Assembly: GCA_001949185.1 (NCBI GenBank)
Contig: BDGG01000001.1
Location: 4,205,624-4,269,623, forward strand
Direction: 5' to 3'
DNA: 64,000 nt
Source of the DNA: Ramazzottius varieornatus
Lineage: Eukaryota; Animalia; Tardigrada
The notes under the pieces are model-generated. The model was not told the DNA's origin, made no database searches, and saw only the letters and a list, made by a program, of their open reading frames with translations. The position numbers were made by a program, and so were the translations under genes. Below are positions 1-12,321 of this stretch, in pieces (the first letter of the stretch is position 1; each line of letters opens with the position of its first letter).

Positions 1-1762
1 TGCGGGGCGAATTTAGCGAATTTGCGAATTTTGCGAGTCGTACGAACTTCAATGGTCGTAGTTCCTGTCCGAACAACAGGACACTTCTAACAGGTACATC
101 GAGAGCGTAATACCAGCAGCAGTGATTCGGGAATAAACGCCGTTAGCGCGTATATGCAGACAAGCTTTGTAAGCCGTCGTCCATGGCATGGACAAACGAA
201 AATGAGCAAACTGGAAGCTGCGTCGCCGTGGCTTCATTCTCACGAGCACATTCTATTCACACTCTCGCGAAACTCACTCACAAGTTTGGCTCAGTGATGG
301 CGGCGCATCTTTATCTTCCGCTTTTCAGACTTTGAACCCTTATCAGCATTTACAGCCATTCTTCCGAGCTAAGTGGTCAACACCATACCGAGCAGTCCAG
401 TCTTAAGTCGGCCAAACGTCCAGCCAACTTCCTTAAAACAACTTCCACCAGAGCAACCGACACGATCGACCTTCTCTCCTTCGATTTCTTCCATCTACCA
501 CTGAAAAATTCTCCGCCTTTACCAAGCCAACACGGCTCTCATTGGCTCCCAACAGACCTTTTACATCGTACACTCAACATACCTCGTCGTACTGCTTTCC
601 GCATACGCCACTCGTTCCAGCAACAGACAACGCAAACCAGCGCAAGAACCCTCCTTAATATTCTGCTCAACGACCTGAACATATTCTTTCAATATGAGTC
701 CATTCTCCACTAAACCCCTCATCACAAACCTTTGTGAGAATCTCACATGGCTTAGCAACATGGCTTAGCAACTCGAAATTGGACGGAGTTATTTAGGCTG
801 AGAGCCACTATAACTTAGCAGTCGCCCCACTCTCTGCCGTTGCCGAAAATAGTGGTAGACACTAGGCACTGACACTGCTTCAAGGCAGCACGGTTCCACA
901 CGCTTCGCCCGCGTGGGCTTAATGCTTGAAGTGCCTCGAACAACAACTTCTCTCCACCTCAGCCTGCCATTTGGCTATGTTTTTTCCTTTTGGCAAGCCG
1001 TACCACCAGCATTGAGTGAATTACATTCAGACTGTACGAGGAGCGAGACCCAACTTTGTCCGTTTGCCCGAATTCGCGACAACTTTGTCCGCTTACAATC
1101 TCTCACTAATCTGCCGCTATCAAAATCCCAAAGTTATCTGCAAGAATCTTTAAACACTTAGCTTCGTTTCTTAGTGTCAAAAGTGAGAATAGGTGGAAGA
1201 TCAGGACGGGAGAAAATTCCGGAATGCAATTCGTTCGGGAATTCGTTCGGTATCAGGGAACACGCTCTCTGCAGAGGGCACAACAAGCTGGTCCATTTAA
1301 ACCACATATGCGCCCATCCGAGCAGGAAAACGCATTTCCAACGTGCAAGGCTGATTTAAGCCTAGCACTACCGTTTTCCTCCCAAATCGGAACGGCTAAA
1401 ACTGTCCACTTCCACGTGAAAACGCTTCGCTTTACAAGATTCGTTTAACGGTGAACTACCACTGAAGGCTGCCCTTCTTTCTGCTTAATCCTGCATGATC
1501 TCCTGTGCCTCTTACTGGTCTTTGCGGAAAGCTTTTCCACCGACTTGAGTTCTGCTACTTCTGAAGGGCTAGTGAAGGCAATCATCCGTTCCAATTCACC
1601 CGATACTCATGAAAAAGCCGTGGTGAGAAGTCATGTCACCTTGAAGTTGCTCCCTACTGCTACCTCTGTTCAGAATGGTTGGACTGAAAACACCCGGGTA
1701 TTGAACTGTAAGTCGAAACCACTTCCTGATTCTGACAAGGGATTAACGCCAGTCTGTCCACT

Positions 1763-1884
1763 CTGATCCTCAAACCAATATGATAGCACGATAGAGCAGA
1801 GTTTGCTCAACAAACTGAGATAAACTAAATCGGCGAAATAAAATCCTGGAAGACGCCACAGGAAGCGGAAGTGACGTCAAATTC
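1763..1884 (+). repeat. Left terminal inverted repeat of the transposon
   Basis: Reverse complement of 4134-4255 with only a few mismatches. Confidence 0.9.
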
Positions 1885-2069
1885 AGGACGGATCACCAGT
1901 GTGACAGCAAATCAACTGATTTGATTGCCTGGTGGTTGATTTGATATTGATTGAACCAGTTGCGCTTGTACTCTACGCTGAGCCAAGCGCAATCAGTTTT
2001 GCTGTGCCTGTTGCTTCATTGCTCTTACATTCATCGTTCCGTTACTGCTGATTTAAACTGTCGCCCGAA

Positions 2070-4080
2070 ATGGATTCCGTTAATCCGATGAATGTGTTGA
2101 AGCTTCTGGAGGAGGACTACAAGCAGCTCTTCCAACTGGATGGACAACCGAGCGAGGCTGATAAGCAGTTACAAGAACTCGTCAAAGGTATTTTACTGTT
2201 GCCGTTTACTATGGCTGACATTGATATGAGATATTCCACCTTTCTATTTCTGTTTCAGAATTTATGGATGTTAAAATCAACCGAGCAGGTAGTTCTTCAT
2301 TGGCACTTGAAGAAGACCTGCAATATGAACTGCAAACACACATGCAGACGTTCGACGAGTTCGAGAAGTTGGTTGCTGCGTCTAATCAGCTGGCTGAACC
2401 CGACGAAAATCCTAGCCAAGAAGATCAAGTCGTCGAGCCTCTCTCCAGTGGAACGGAACCATCGTCCAACGAATTCTATGTCCCGCGAATACCGAACCCA
2501 AAACAGCCGCCAAGTAACGCAGTCACCCTCGACTACAAGAAACGCTCCGTCGATTTCTGGAGGAATGTCGCTACGAAGAAACGACGTAGCCTTTCGTGTG
2601 TCCAGACCAAGTTCAAGAAAGTCACAAGTATTCGACAACTCCAAGAGTGGGAACGACATGTTGCTGAGGGCGGTTCCAGATATGATAAGCTGAAGGCGCT
2701 GCGTTTGGAGACTGGCAAGCAGTTCTTCCTGGCCAAGCAGAAGCCTCATATTGTGAAAGATATGGATATTCGACGTTGGGCCGTTACTGCGAACCGAACC
2801 ATTGGCCTGGTAGGTTTCATGGCGTCTCCGGATGGGTGGGAAANNNNNNNNNNNNNNNNNNNNNNNNNNNNNNNNNNNNNNNNNNNNNNNNNNNNNNNNN
2901 NNNNNNNNNNNNNNNNNNNNNNNNNNNNNNNNNNNNNNNNNNNNNNNNNNNNNNNNNNNNNNNNNNNNNNNNNNNNNNNNNNNNNNNNNNNNNNNNNNNN
3001 NNNNNTTAAAATGAAATATGTATCATTGCTTACGCAGATCACTTCAACCGAGAATTTCGCTCACGAGTTACTGCGCCACACTAACGGGATCGATATTGTA
3101 GGTATTACGGCATCGTCGATCGGAAGATCACCAAGTTCGTGACCGACAAGTACATTCAAGAAGCCCCGCAAGTAAAGAACACTGCGGAGGAGTGTGTCGC
3201 CCTTGTCAGATCGAGGATCTCAGATTACGGCTTGGACTGTATGTGGAACACGGATCAGTCTGGGTTCGATTACGAGATGAGACCAGGGCGCACACTGCAT
3301 CTGGCCGGCGCAAAACATGTTCTTGCGGTCTGTCAGTCGGAGAACTCCATGATGCATGGCTACACGGTTATGATGACCATTTCGCCCGCCATGCGCAAGT
3401 TTCTCCCACAACTGTGGATCACTCTCCAGGAGGACAAAGGCGTTTTCGGTCCTATGGTGGCAAGGACAATGTTTAAAGCTGACAACCTGTATGTCACTGC
3501 TTCGGCTTCGGGCAAGATGACAAAGAAGCTCTACTTGGAATAGTGTGAAAAGATATTGTTTTCTCATGTGGAAGATCGCTGCATTCTGCTGGCCGATTCG
3601 TGGAGAACCTATTCTGACTAGGACGCTGTTTTGGAATTCAAGCCTGAAGAACTGGAATACGAAATGATCACGATTCCTTCGAAAGTGACTGGTGATATCC
3701 AACCACTGGACAGACTCTTCTTCCGAATGTATAAAGACTTCTTCCGGAAGATCTCCAGTTTCATCATTTTGCACAGCCTTCCACTTCAAGTTCATCATCG
3801 AGACGTAATCCTCAAGATGCATTCTGTGGTTTACCAACAGTTCCAGTCTCCCCGGTTTGGAGACCTAGTCAACCAGGCCTGGCACCTGTGCGGCTATACT
3901 GACGAGTCCTTTGACTATGTAAATCCTACCGAATTCTCTTTCCCCAAGAAGTTGACTGGTCATTGTGACCATGAAAACTGCGACGACCGGCTTTTGCTCA
4001 AGTGCGGCTGGTGCAAAGCTCCTCTCTGCTTCCATCACTTCTACGATCAGTATCACCTCTGTAAAATTTATCTTCCATGA
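2070..4080 (+). pseudogene. Spliced DDD transposase pseudogene (HTH + DDE_1-like core + C-terminal Cys/His domain like Tc5)
   Basis: Intron 2188-2258 joins ORF 2070 to ORF 2264 in frame. Motifs WNTDQSGF, LADSW and IQPLD give DD37D spacing by hand count. C-terminus CDHENC..CGWC..CFHH..HLC. In-frame TAG stops at 3541 and 3619; N-gap at 2844-3005. Confidence 0.85.
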
Positions 4081-4133
4081 GTTCTGTGAAATTTTAGACT
4101 GCTAGTATAGTTGGTCATGTCATGTCGATGTAA

Positions 4134-4261
4134 GAATTTGACGTCACTTCCGCTTCCTGTGGCTTCTTCCAGGATTTTATTTCGCCGATTTAGTTTATCT
4201 CAGTTTGTGGAGCAAGCTCTGCTCTATCATGCTATCATATTGGTTTGAGGATCAGCGCCTG
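4134..4261 (-). repeat. Right terminal inverted repeat of the transposon
   Basis: Reverse complement of 1763-1884, plus a terminal CAGGCG (read on the minus strand) flanked by TA/TNA. Confidence 0.9.
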
Positions 4262-5379
4262 TAAAAACTAGTTATCTCTTCCATCGATGGCTCTGAAAAT
4301 CATGAATGAACTTTCGACTAGGTTTTGAGGGTGAAATTAGCGAAATCTCCCGCGCTTCAGGAAGATATAGCGATGTGAAGCACTGTCGTCGTGCGCCACT
4401 TGGGAAGATAATCTATCGCAACATCGCTTAGTGAGTCATATGTGACTTCGAAAATAGAAACAAGGTGCTCATGCGGTAGGTGCGCATTGGCTTCTACCTT
4501 GATTCCTACGGAAAATCAGAAGGGCTAGAACTTAGTCCACTCTTCCTCGGTCGCCTTATGGCGGTAAACGTGATCAGCTGATTTCAGCCCAGCCAGGACG
4601 TCAAAATTGCCACCTGCAGGACTTGACTGGACGAAGTATTTTCGTGGCCAAAGTAGGGCCTCGCTCCTCGTACTTTACTCACTTGTCAGTTTACTGCCGT
4701 TAAAGGGCCAGAACGCAACTCGTATGAGCGTATCCATTGCAGTACACGCGGCGGATCCTCGAAGGAGTTCCAGTTCACGATTTTAGAAAACTCGCAAGCT
4801 GAGGGACTAAATCAGGCCGAAGATTATTGGGATATTGTTCGAGATAATCAAGTAGTCATTCCGGTGATTGACAAAGCTCTAAATCCACAGCGAACATCAC
4901 ATGTTTCCGACCTTCTAACAAGTATAAGTACTAATCCAAACGCATCTTCTAGAAGCCTGTAAGCCAAGCAGCGGAAGTATGAATAAATGAAGTAACTATG
5001 AAGTAACAAATAAAACAAGTACAGCAGATGTTTCAACATTGGTGGATGCAGTATTCTCTCAATACGAGGTAAACACGGGACAAAGCCACCAGTTAAAACC
5101 ATAATCGGCAAGATACTGGTAAGATGCCAGTTGAAATGAAGTCTTCCGCTGACACATTTCGAACTAAAGAAAGCACCAACTTCTTCAAAGAAGGTTGTCG
5201 AATAAATCAGGTCAAAGAAACATCTAAATGAGTACCGCACAGGATCCAGGAAGTGCGAAATTCTTCCTGAAAACGCCGCGATCAACAAAGAAATCTCGCC
5301 AGTTCGCCAACATGCCGTCTTCCTTATCCATAGTGTAGGAAGTTGCTCTGCCATATCTTGAGGGTTGGTTCTAAGGTTG

Positions 5380-7981
5380 TCACATCAACTTGACATCTTC
5401 GTTAGCCAAGAGTTGGGCCAAAGTCTTCTTCACGCGCAGAGCCGTCAAACGAGCTTGCGGGTTGTGGCTCCAGCATTCCCTCATCAACCGGGTTAGGGTA
5501 ATCATTGGCTGAAAGTAATGAGGAAACAAAATTCCCTGTTGGAACTCGGAACAAACCTAAGGTAGAGTAACCAAAGGGAACCAAAGGGAGTAACCAAACG
5601 GAGGGAACCCGCTTAATCAAAGCGAACCAGTAAACTGTACAAACAGAGTAACAGACCACGATACATTAGGACACGATATTTACCTCTTTTGTGCTCCACC
5701 GGTTGGGAAAGACGGGGCGTTTCTTCTGCACGAAGACCACCTCTCGCATCTCCGGTATTTCAGGATCTGAGGAGACTTCTCGGGCAAAAGGTAATTCATA
5801 GTCTTCCGCGGACCCTAAAAACCACCAAGTGAAAAAAAATGTTTCATGATCGCTAAGACCTGGAAGGAAAGCTCGACCGTACCACAAATCCGACTGCGAT
5901 GACAAATTTCCCACAATGTCAAGCCCAGAGCATAAACGTCGACACTCTTCAAGGATTCGAAATTACGTAGGTTGAGACTTTTGTTCAGGACTTCGGGAGC
6001 CAAGTATCTAACGGTTCCGGCCTTCTCATTCGCCGGAAAATTCATCAGACCAGTCTTCCCTTCATAACGAACTGCCAACCCGAGATCAGCTATCACGCAT
6101 TGTCCGTTGCGCTTCACAAGGACATTCTTTGACTTGAGATCCCTATGAGCAATCGCCGGCTTCCCTGTAAGAACGTCGCATGTTGGCACGTAATTACAAA
6201 GAGGGAACCACCCCCAAACTCAATCTGTCTACCGGTGCGATCTATCAGGATACAGTGTTCACAGAAATTTCCAGATTTACGAATCGCGCACCGCCCTTTC
6301 GGTGTAAAACTTGAAATTACTCACTTCGATCCGCAGTGCCGACGATGTCCATGTGAAGATGAGCTAAACCGTTGGCCACGGAATACGCTGCAAAAGAGCA
6401 AAAGGTTAACACGGTGTCGTTCGAGCAAAAGAATTAATCTGAATGCCAATGAGATACCTAATTTCAACATCTGCACGATGTCTAATGGCGTCACAGTAAG
6501 GTAATCAAACAGAGACCCCAGCTCGTGGTAATCAGTGATGAGCCAGAGCTGTGTCGATAGTCCGTTATCTGAAGAAACAGAGGAACGTGAAGTCAATTCC
6601 GAAGCAAGTATCTCATCCATTTACAGGTACTGACTAACAGAAACTAATTATTACCTTTGTTATCCGCCGCGATAAATCCCAAGAGATTCTCGTGCCTCAA
6701 CATCACAGTTTGGTAGATCTCCACTTCTCGTTTCCACGAGTCTTCATCTCGAGTGGAGAATATCTTCACCGCCACATTTTCACCGCGCCACCGGCCAAGA
6801 AAGACTTCTCCGAAGCGACCCTTACCAACTGACTTGATCAAGGAAACTTGTCGCGCAATAGTACGCTGGATCAACAGCGGACAACCTATGATCAGAAAGA
6901 AAATGACAACAAAAGCTACATCAGTTCAGCCAAAAGACGTACCCGAGCCCGAACCGGAAGTGGTCATCTCGCTAATGGTTCCGAGCACTTTGTCCGGGCC
7001 ATCTTCCAGCAACCTCGCCGCTTCTTCTACAGAGCTCTTCTTGTTGGACGCAAGTCGGTTTCGTCGCTGAGTAAGGAAGAAGATGAAAGCGAAGAGCACG
7101 ATGATGACGCTGGCTCCCACTGCTGCTCCGATGATCAGGTACATCTGATGACCATTCGGAAGCGAAGGTGGACCTAAACAGCGAAGTGGCACTACACAAC
7201 CGTTCTTACGAATTTATTGGGTATAGATCAGAGGCAGACAAAAAATTGATGAGGACTTACTGGGAGCTGGAGGTTCCGGAAGGTCCAGCAAGGTGATGTT
7301 GGAGTCCTTGTTGCAGAAGTGGTGATCCGAGCAACACGCACTCCCGAACGATCGTCCATGTCGGAGGTTGGGAAGACAGAGGAACGGAAATTCGACCGGG
7401 AACAGCTGGTCTCTCGAAAGACAACTGCAGAAGAAAGAGCAATGCGTTGCGAAATAACGGTATTAACTTGTTCACGAATCACGACTGAAGTCTCAACTCT
7501 CAAATTAACGAAACCGTATCAACCGAGCGTGCGTGCGCCTCCACACAGTCCTGCTCACAGGCTCACACTATTAAATACACGCCAGACTGTATGCAGGTTC
7601 GCGCAAGCTGGCACAGTATCGACGTTCTTACTTAAAATATCACAGGAAACCAACTCACCTGTGAGATGTCTTTATGACCCCATCTTTTAATCGCATCATC
7701 TGCGTAAAGCAGACCCCATCCGTGATGCAGGTCTTGTTTTGGCAGCCATCACACAAGCATCTCAGATCTGCGGAACAAATAACAAAGCAGTAATTATTAA
7801 ATTCAGCGCGCACGAGACATCCACCAGCATCCAGCTCTTCTTTCCAAACCGATTAACTATATCAATAAGGTTTTTTGGCTCAAGTACTTTTCTTTCCGGG
7901 GATGTCGCCGATCTTGATGGCTTCCGCGGCTATCCAGCTGTAGATGGATACCAACAGAAAGACGACGGGTAGAAGGGACAT
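5380..7981 (-). CDS. babo: Activin/TGF-beta type I receptor Ser/Thr kinase (baboon / ALK4-5-7 type), multi-exon
   Basis: Signal peptide [21 protein letters not shown], Cys box [11 protein letters not shown] helix, GS box [17 protein letters not shown]45 loop [15 protein letters not shown] (Smad2/3-type), HRDLKSKN, final exon [22 protein letters not shown]...KLM*. Confidence 0.9.
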
Positions 7982-8636
7982 CTTTCACTGAGCAAGCTGG
8001 GCGCTTTGCGCTCGTCGGCGAGGACGGTTCCAGGCGCTTAGGGCATGAGATCTGCAAGGAAAAGCAGGAACCATCAGGAATTCATCTTGACGAAAGACGG
8101 ACAAGCTTCTAGCAATCCGCAGTGCGCTATGGCACTGCAAGATAATCACGATGTCAGATGTCTGGCGAAGACGACCTCGACTCTGCCAGCCTTTCTCTTT
8201 GTGTTGCCAGTCTGGCTGCGCTGCTTCAGCAACTCGGCATCCGGAAATTCAACTTGACGTGACGTCGCCAGACAGCCCGCCTCCTGTTGTAACCGCATGA
8301 GTGTCTACCGAAAAGAACCAATCAAGAACTATGCCCACCTACCAGCCGCCAGTCACATGTGTGTGGGGGATGGCCTCTTGCTCACACAATGAGAAACAGG
8401 ATCCCTCCGCCAGAGGGAACTCCAGTTCCCTCTCCGCTGGATCCACTTTCTCTGCTTTGTTGGGTGAGAGACTTGAACGGGAAACATCAAGGAGCAAGAC
8501 GCGACGTCACGTGAGTAAGGCGCGATCGAGTTTATGGATCCAGCAAGCGACCTGGGAAATGCCTGGAGTTGCATGCTCCCTGGTATGCAGAATCCCGAGG
8601 TCTTCTCACAGCTGCCGTTGAAGGTCGCAACACCTA

Positions 8637-8795
8637 CGGTGAGAAACTATGGGACAATAGAAGTTATGGGACAGGCCTTTTTGCTTTGGCGCGCGGAAGC
8701 ACGTACGTACGTGACTGATTCACACTAATGCAATTCTCACTTTGACATCCTTTCTGCCTGTCCCATAATTTTTACTGTCCCATAATTTCTCACTC
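8637..8795. mobile_element. MITE with ~40-bp TIRs and TA target duplication
   Basis: TA|cggtgagaaactatgggacaatagaagttatgggacaggc matches the reverse complement of gcctgtcccataatttttactgtcccataatttctcactc|TA. Confidence 0.75.
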
Positions 8796-8894
8796 TACAT
8801 GTACTGATAGTGAGCTCAGGAGACTTGAGACTTAATTTTTACTGTCCCATAATTTCTCACTCTACATGTACTGATAGTGAGCTCAGGAGACTTG
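8766..8894 (+). repeat. 62-bp direct tandem duplication
   Basis: 8766-8827 is identical to 8833-8894; it covers the right MITE end and its flank. Confidence 0.9.
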
Positions 8895-9295
8895 GAGTTC
8901 TTCAGCGTGCTGGACCAAAGCTGTCCCAGGGAGTATCTAAAGTTTAGCAGAAGATCGGTGCGAACACCTTCCGATGCACAGTGCGCAAACCGAAAAAGTA
9001 CGAGTAGACTTTCGAGAACTTTACAGCTTACAATTTACAGTCGCAGTGCCACATGATGCAGGAACAATACCGGTGCTTTCCACCCTTACAGCAGTTGGAT
9101 ACCAACCAACAATCGACAAACTACAGAAATCTAAGCTATCCGTACGGTCGTGTGCAAAATCCAGAGCATTTCAGAGTGAGAAGTGTGGAACTAAATTCAT
9201 CGAAAAGAGGCAGCGCGCAAACTTATGCGAATGTAAATGCCGATCATACAGTCAACTTTTAAAGGAACTCTCAATCATCGAAACTACTTCAATTG

Positions 9296-11370
9296 TCAGT
9301 ACTGATGCTGCTGCGGGAAGCTGACCAAGTTGCTCGGCGAACGCCCAGAAGACTGTGTCCCATACAAGCCCGTGTTACGTCCGTGATACAAACCCACCTG
9401 GTTGGCTCTTCCGCTGCTGCCATAGCTTCCTTGGTAATCCTGTTCGTTGTTTGGGGCGACGGTTCCCTGCTGTCCGTAGCCTGTACCTCGCGCACGTCCA
9501 CTTCCTTGACGGTACTGATCGCGCTCGTTGGGCTGCTGGCCGGACACGCTCGGGCGAAAGTCCATTTGCGGAGACTGCTGCATCATGGCTTGCTGAGTCT
9601 ACAACAAAAAGAACAAGCTCAGAATAGAGTTGAAAGTTTAAGAGCTCGGTAAACAAACTCGCCAGATTGTGCACCCAGGTGGCGCACGTTGTTGTTTTTG
9701 TTGGCTAACAGCGTGCGCCAATTGGAAAACTCAGCAAGATTGTTCTCCTGAGTGGCGCACTTTACTAGTGTTATTGGCTGAAGGCGTGCGCCACTTGGAA
9801 GACTGATCTTTAGTTTGTTTGCCGAGCTCTCATTTAGACGAAAGCTTAGCCTACCGCGTAATCCATCGCCATGTCGTGTTGGTGGCGTTGAAGAGCGTTA
9901 TCATCTCGAGCCATGAAAGCCGCCAAGGCTTCGCTGTTGGACAAGTCGGACGGATCGACTGGACTGGTGTTGTGCTGAAGGGAAGAGCTTCCTTGTTGGC
10001 CCACGGTACGCGACGCCAAAGGGCTGGAGTTGGTCTGTTGTTGCTGCTGCAACATCATGGCCGCAGCCACGGCCTGGACGTATTGATGTTGGAGAGCTTG
10101 GTGGACCGTGGGCGGAGGGGGCATCATGCCGGAGTAGTAAGCTTGAGGAGCCATGTAGGGATACGGCATACCCGGGTAGTAGGTCTGTGGAACCTGCTGC
10201 CCCACACCCTGTCGAGAGAAACCATGAACTAACTACAGATCGAGAAAAGAATTTCTTCGGAGGACTTAAGGTTAGAGTGTGAAGATGGCTAAATTTATAA
10301 ACTGGTTTTCTAAATTTTGAACGTACATAATTTCATCCCGCTGGCCGCTGAACGACAAACAGAATTTTCTTATCAAAATTTACCACCCTTCTTTAGCTTA
10401 GAACTTCAGAAAGCAGAAAACTAAGGAAAGATCTGATGACACTTACAGGCAAGGGAGAACCAGGAGGAGGTATCCATTGTTGGCCAGCAGCGAACCCAGC
10501 TGTCATGTCTGCCTGATTAATGTGATAGCTTCTATAAGAACTCGAAGGTGGACTCGAAGGACCTGAGAAAGAGAGGAAGGAATGACCACCAAACGAAGAC
10601 TTGTATCGGTTGCAATATCCCTAAACAAGAAACTGACCAAAGGTTCGGCCAAAGGTTGGCTGTCTGCGGTACGCCGGAGCCACATTCAAGCGTCGCCCAT
10701 CCAATTCCAGCGAATGCTTCTCCGAATACTAAAGCACCAAACAGGAACATTCAAGAACGTATAGAAATTCGGAAACTACAGAGTCAGGAAGGCTTGGTGA
10801 AGCAGGACAGCCATGCTAAGAAGCTGCCGAACTTACGGTCGCTAAAACTTTTCGGACATCCTCGGCGCTTGCGAACTCGACGAAGGCGTAACGCCGAGGT
10901 TCACCATTCTTGGCCAGCATAGCATTATCGGTGATGATTCGAACATCCAGAACGTGGGCCACCGCCCCGAAGAAAGACTTTAGTTCCTCTTCGGTCGTCT
11001 GAGAAGAAAAGAAGTCAAGGATGACTGCTGTAATTTTTAATCAAGCATCTTGATTTGAGTAACCTTTTGGGCAATTCCGCCGACGAAGATTTTGCTCTTC
11101 ATCAGTTCTCCATTCAGCGTCGTCACTGAGCCTGCCTTGTCATCGTCACGCGATGATAGAGCTGAGTCGCTGTTCCCGTACGATTTGCCAAGAGCAGAGC
11201 CCCCACTGGTGCTCTGGGAAAAGAGAAAAACACCGCTTCAAACATGACCCAGAGATGTCCAGGAAACCTCGGCTGGTGGGTTAATGTCTTTCCCGTTCAG
11301 CTCAACATCCGGCAACTTCTTGCTTCCTCAACTGACTTACCGTTGGAAGATTGACTCCGTTCTTCGACAT
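9296..11370 (-). CDS. boule: DAZ/BOULE family RRM RNA-binding protein, multi-exon
   Basis: Spliced RRM KIFVGGIAQKTTEEELKSFF...VRIITD...RYAFVEF...GRRLNVAPAYRRQ resembles BOULE (RIFVGGI...KLNIGPAIRKQ), followed by a Y/P/Q-rich tail. Confidence 0.8.
9677..9723. repeat. Family A palindrome copy (boule intron)
   Basis: aggtggcgcac-N25-gtgcgccaatt. Confidence 0.85.
9750..9796. repeat. Family A palindrome copy (boule intron, tandem second copy)
   Basis: gagtggcgcac-N25-gtgcgccactt. Confidence 0.85.
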
Positions 11371-11987
11371 GCTTGCTGGGAAATTAGGCGAGACAATTTC
11401 CTGCGAACAAAGCTAGAAACGGCAAAAAGTTTAAGGATGTGACCAACAGATGGAGAAATTGCAACAGGTGGTTGTTTGTTTGATCAGGGAAAGCGAGAAC
11501 TCCAGAAGATTAGCAGTGAAGGAAGTGACAAGTCAGAAGTGAATGGAGTTACGAAAAGTTCCTAAAAAAGATCATCACGAAAATGAAGATGAAGAAGTGA
11601 TCTGTCATCTGTGATAGTGCAAACAAACTCATCCAGCACCGCAACATCTACAAGCACAGGTAGCGAATGACCGGCCATTATTTTCCCTTATCGAGACTGA
11701 TCGGTTCAAATCTGGCCCGAACTCGGTCTGTTTCCTGTTGGCCTTCGCAGCCCACGACAAACGAGTGCCTACTGTCAAATTCAAACGGCTGGTCAGGATT
11801 TGATCCAGAAGAGTAGACTCGAAGCTTGGCCCCACTGTTAGCAGTTCATTTTCATTGTGCACAAGTCACAAACTTGACTCATAGGCGTCCGCGCTGACGC
11901 CAGTCATGTCGTCACCGCTGACAATAGGCGCGTTACGCAACTCGTACCTCTACTATATCCAGAAGGTTCGAAATCGTTTCTTCAACT

Positions 11988-12038
11988 TCGTTACTGACGT
12001 ACTGTCGTCGATCATCGACGACAGTACGTCAGTAACGA
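11988..12038. repeat. Perfect 51-bp palindrome (25-bp arms, 1-nt centre)
   Basis: tcgttactgacgtactgtcgtcgat-c-atcgacgacagtacgtcagtaacga. Confidence 0.95.
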
Positions 12039-12321
12039 CGGTCGACGTCAGAGGACAACAATCGGCAACTGTAACGAACTCATCCTGGTGAACCTACGGA
12101 GTGATGCGGTTTGCCGTTGGCTATGGCAGATTACTTGCTCCGGAAACCCAGAAGAACCCAGGTTCTCAGTTCTCATTAGACAAAACTTTAGAAAAGAAAA
12201 CCTAAAGCACTTGTAGGGACAGGGAACAGACAAGATCGTATGGAATAAAACAGCTACAGCTATTTTTCGTCTCTCCCGGATTTCGCTGCGTATCACACAA
12301 CAAACTCAATCAAAACGCATT

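Larger units (their letters stand above)
1763..4261 (+). mobile_element. Tc5/pogo-like (IS630-Tc1-mariner superfamily) DNA transposon, decayed
   Basis: Near-perfect 122-bp inverted repeats at 1763-1884 and 4134-4255 enclose a transposase gene. The right end continues ...CGCCTG followed by TAA. Confidence 0.9.

Noticed and set aside
1-1750. Short direct repeats and open frames at the window start
   Set aside because: No identifiable product or element boundaries; possibly repeat debris but not supportable.
2746-3042. ORFs running through X residues
   Set aside because: They are artefacts of the N-gap at 2844-3005.
4848-5354. 168-aa minus-strand ORF
   Set aside because: It falls just downstream of the babo stop, has no recognisable domain and is probably 3' UTR.
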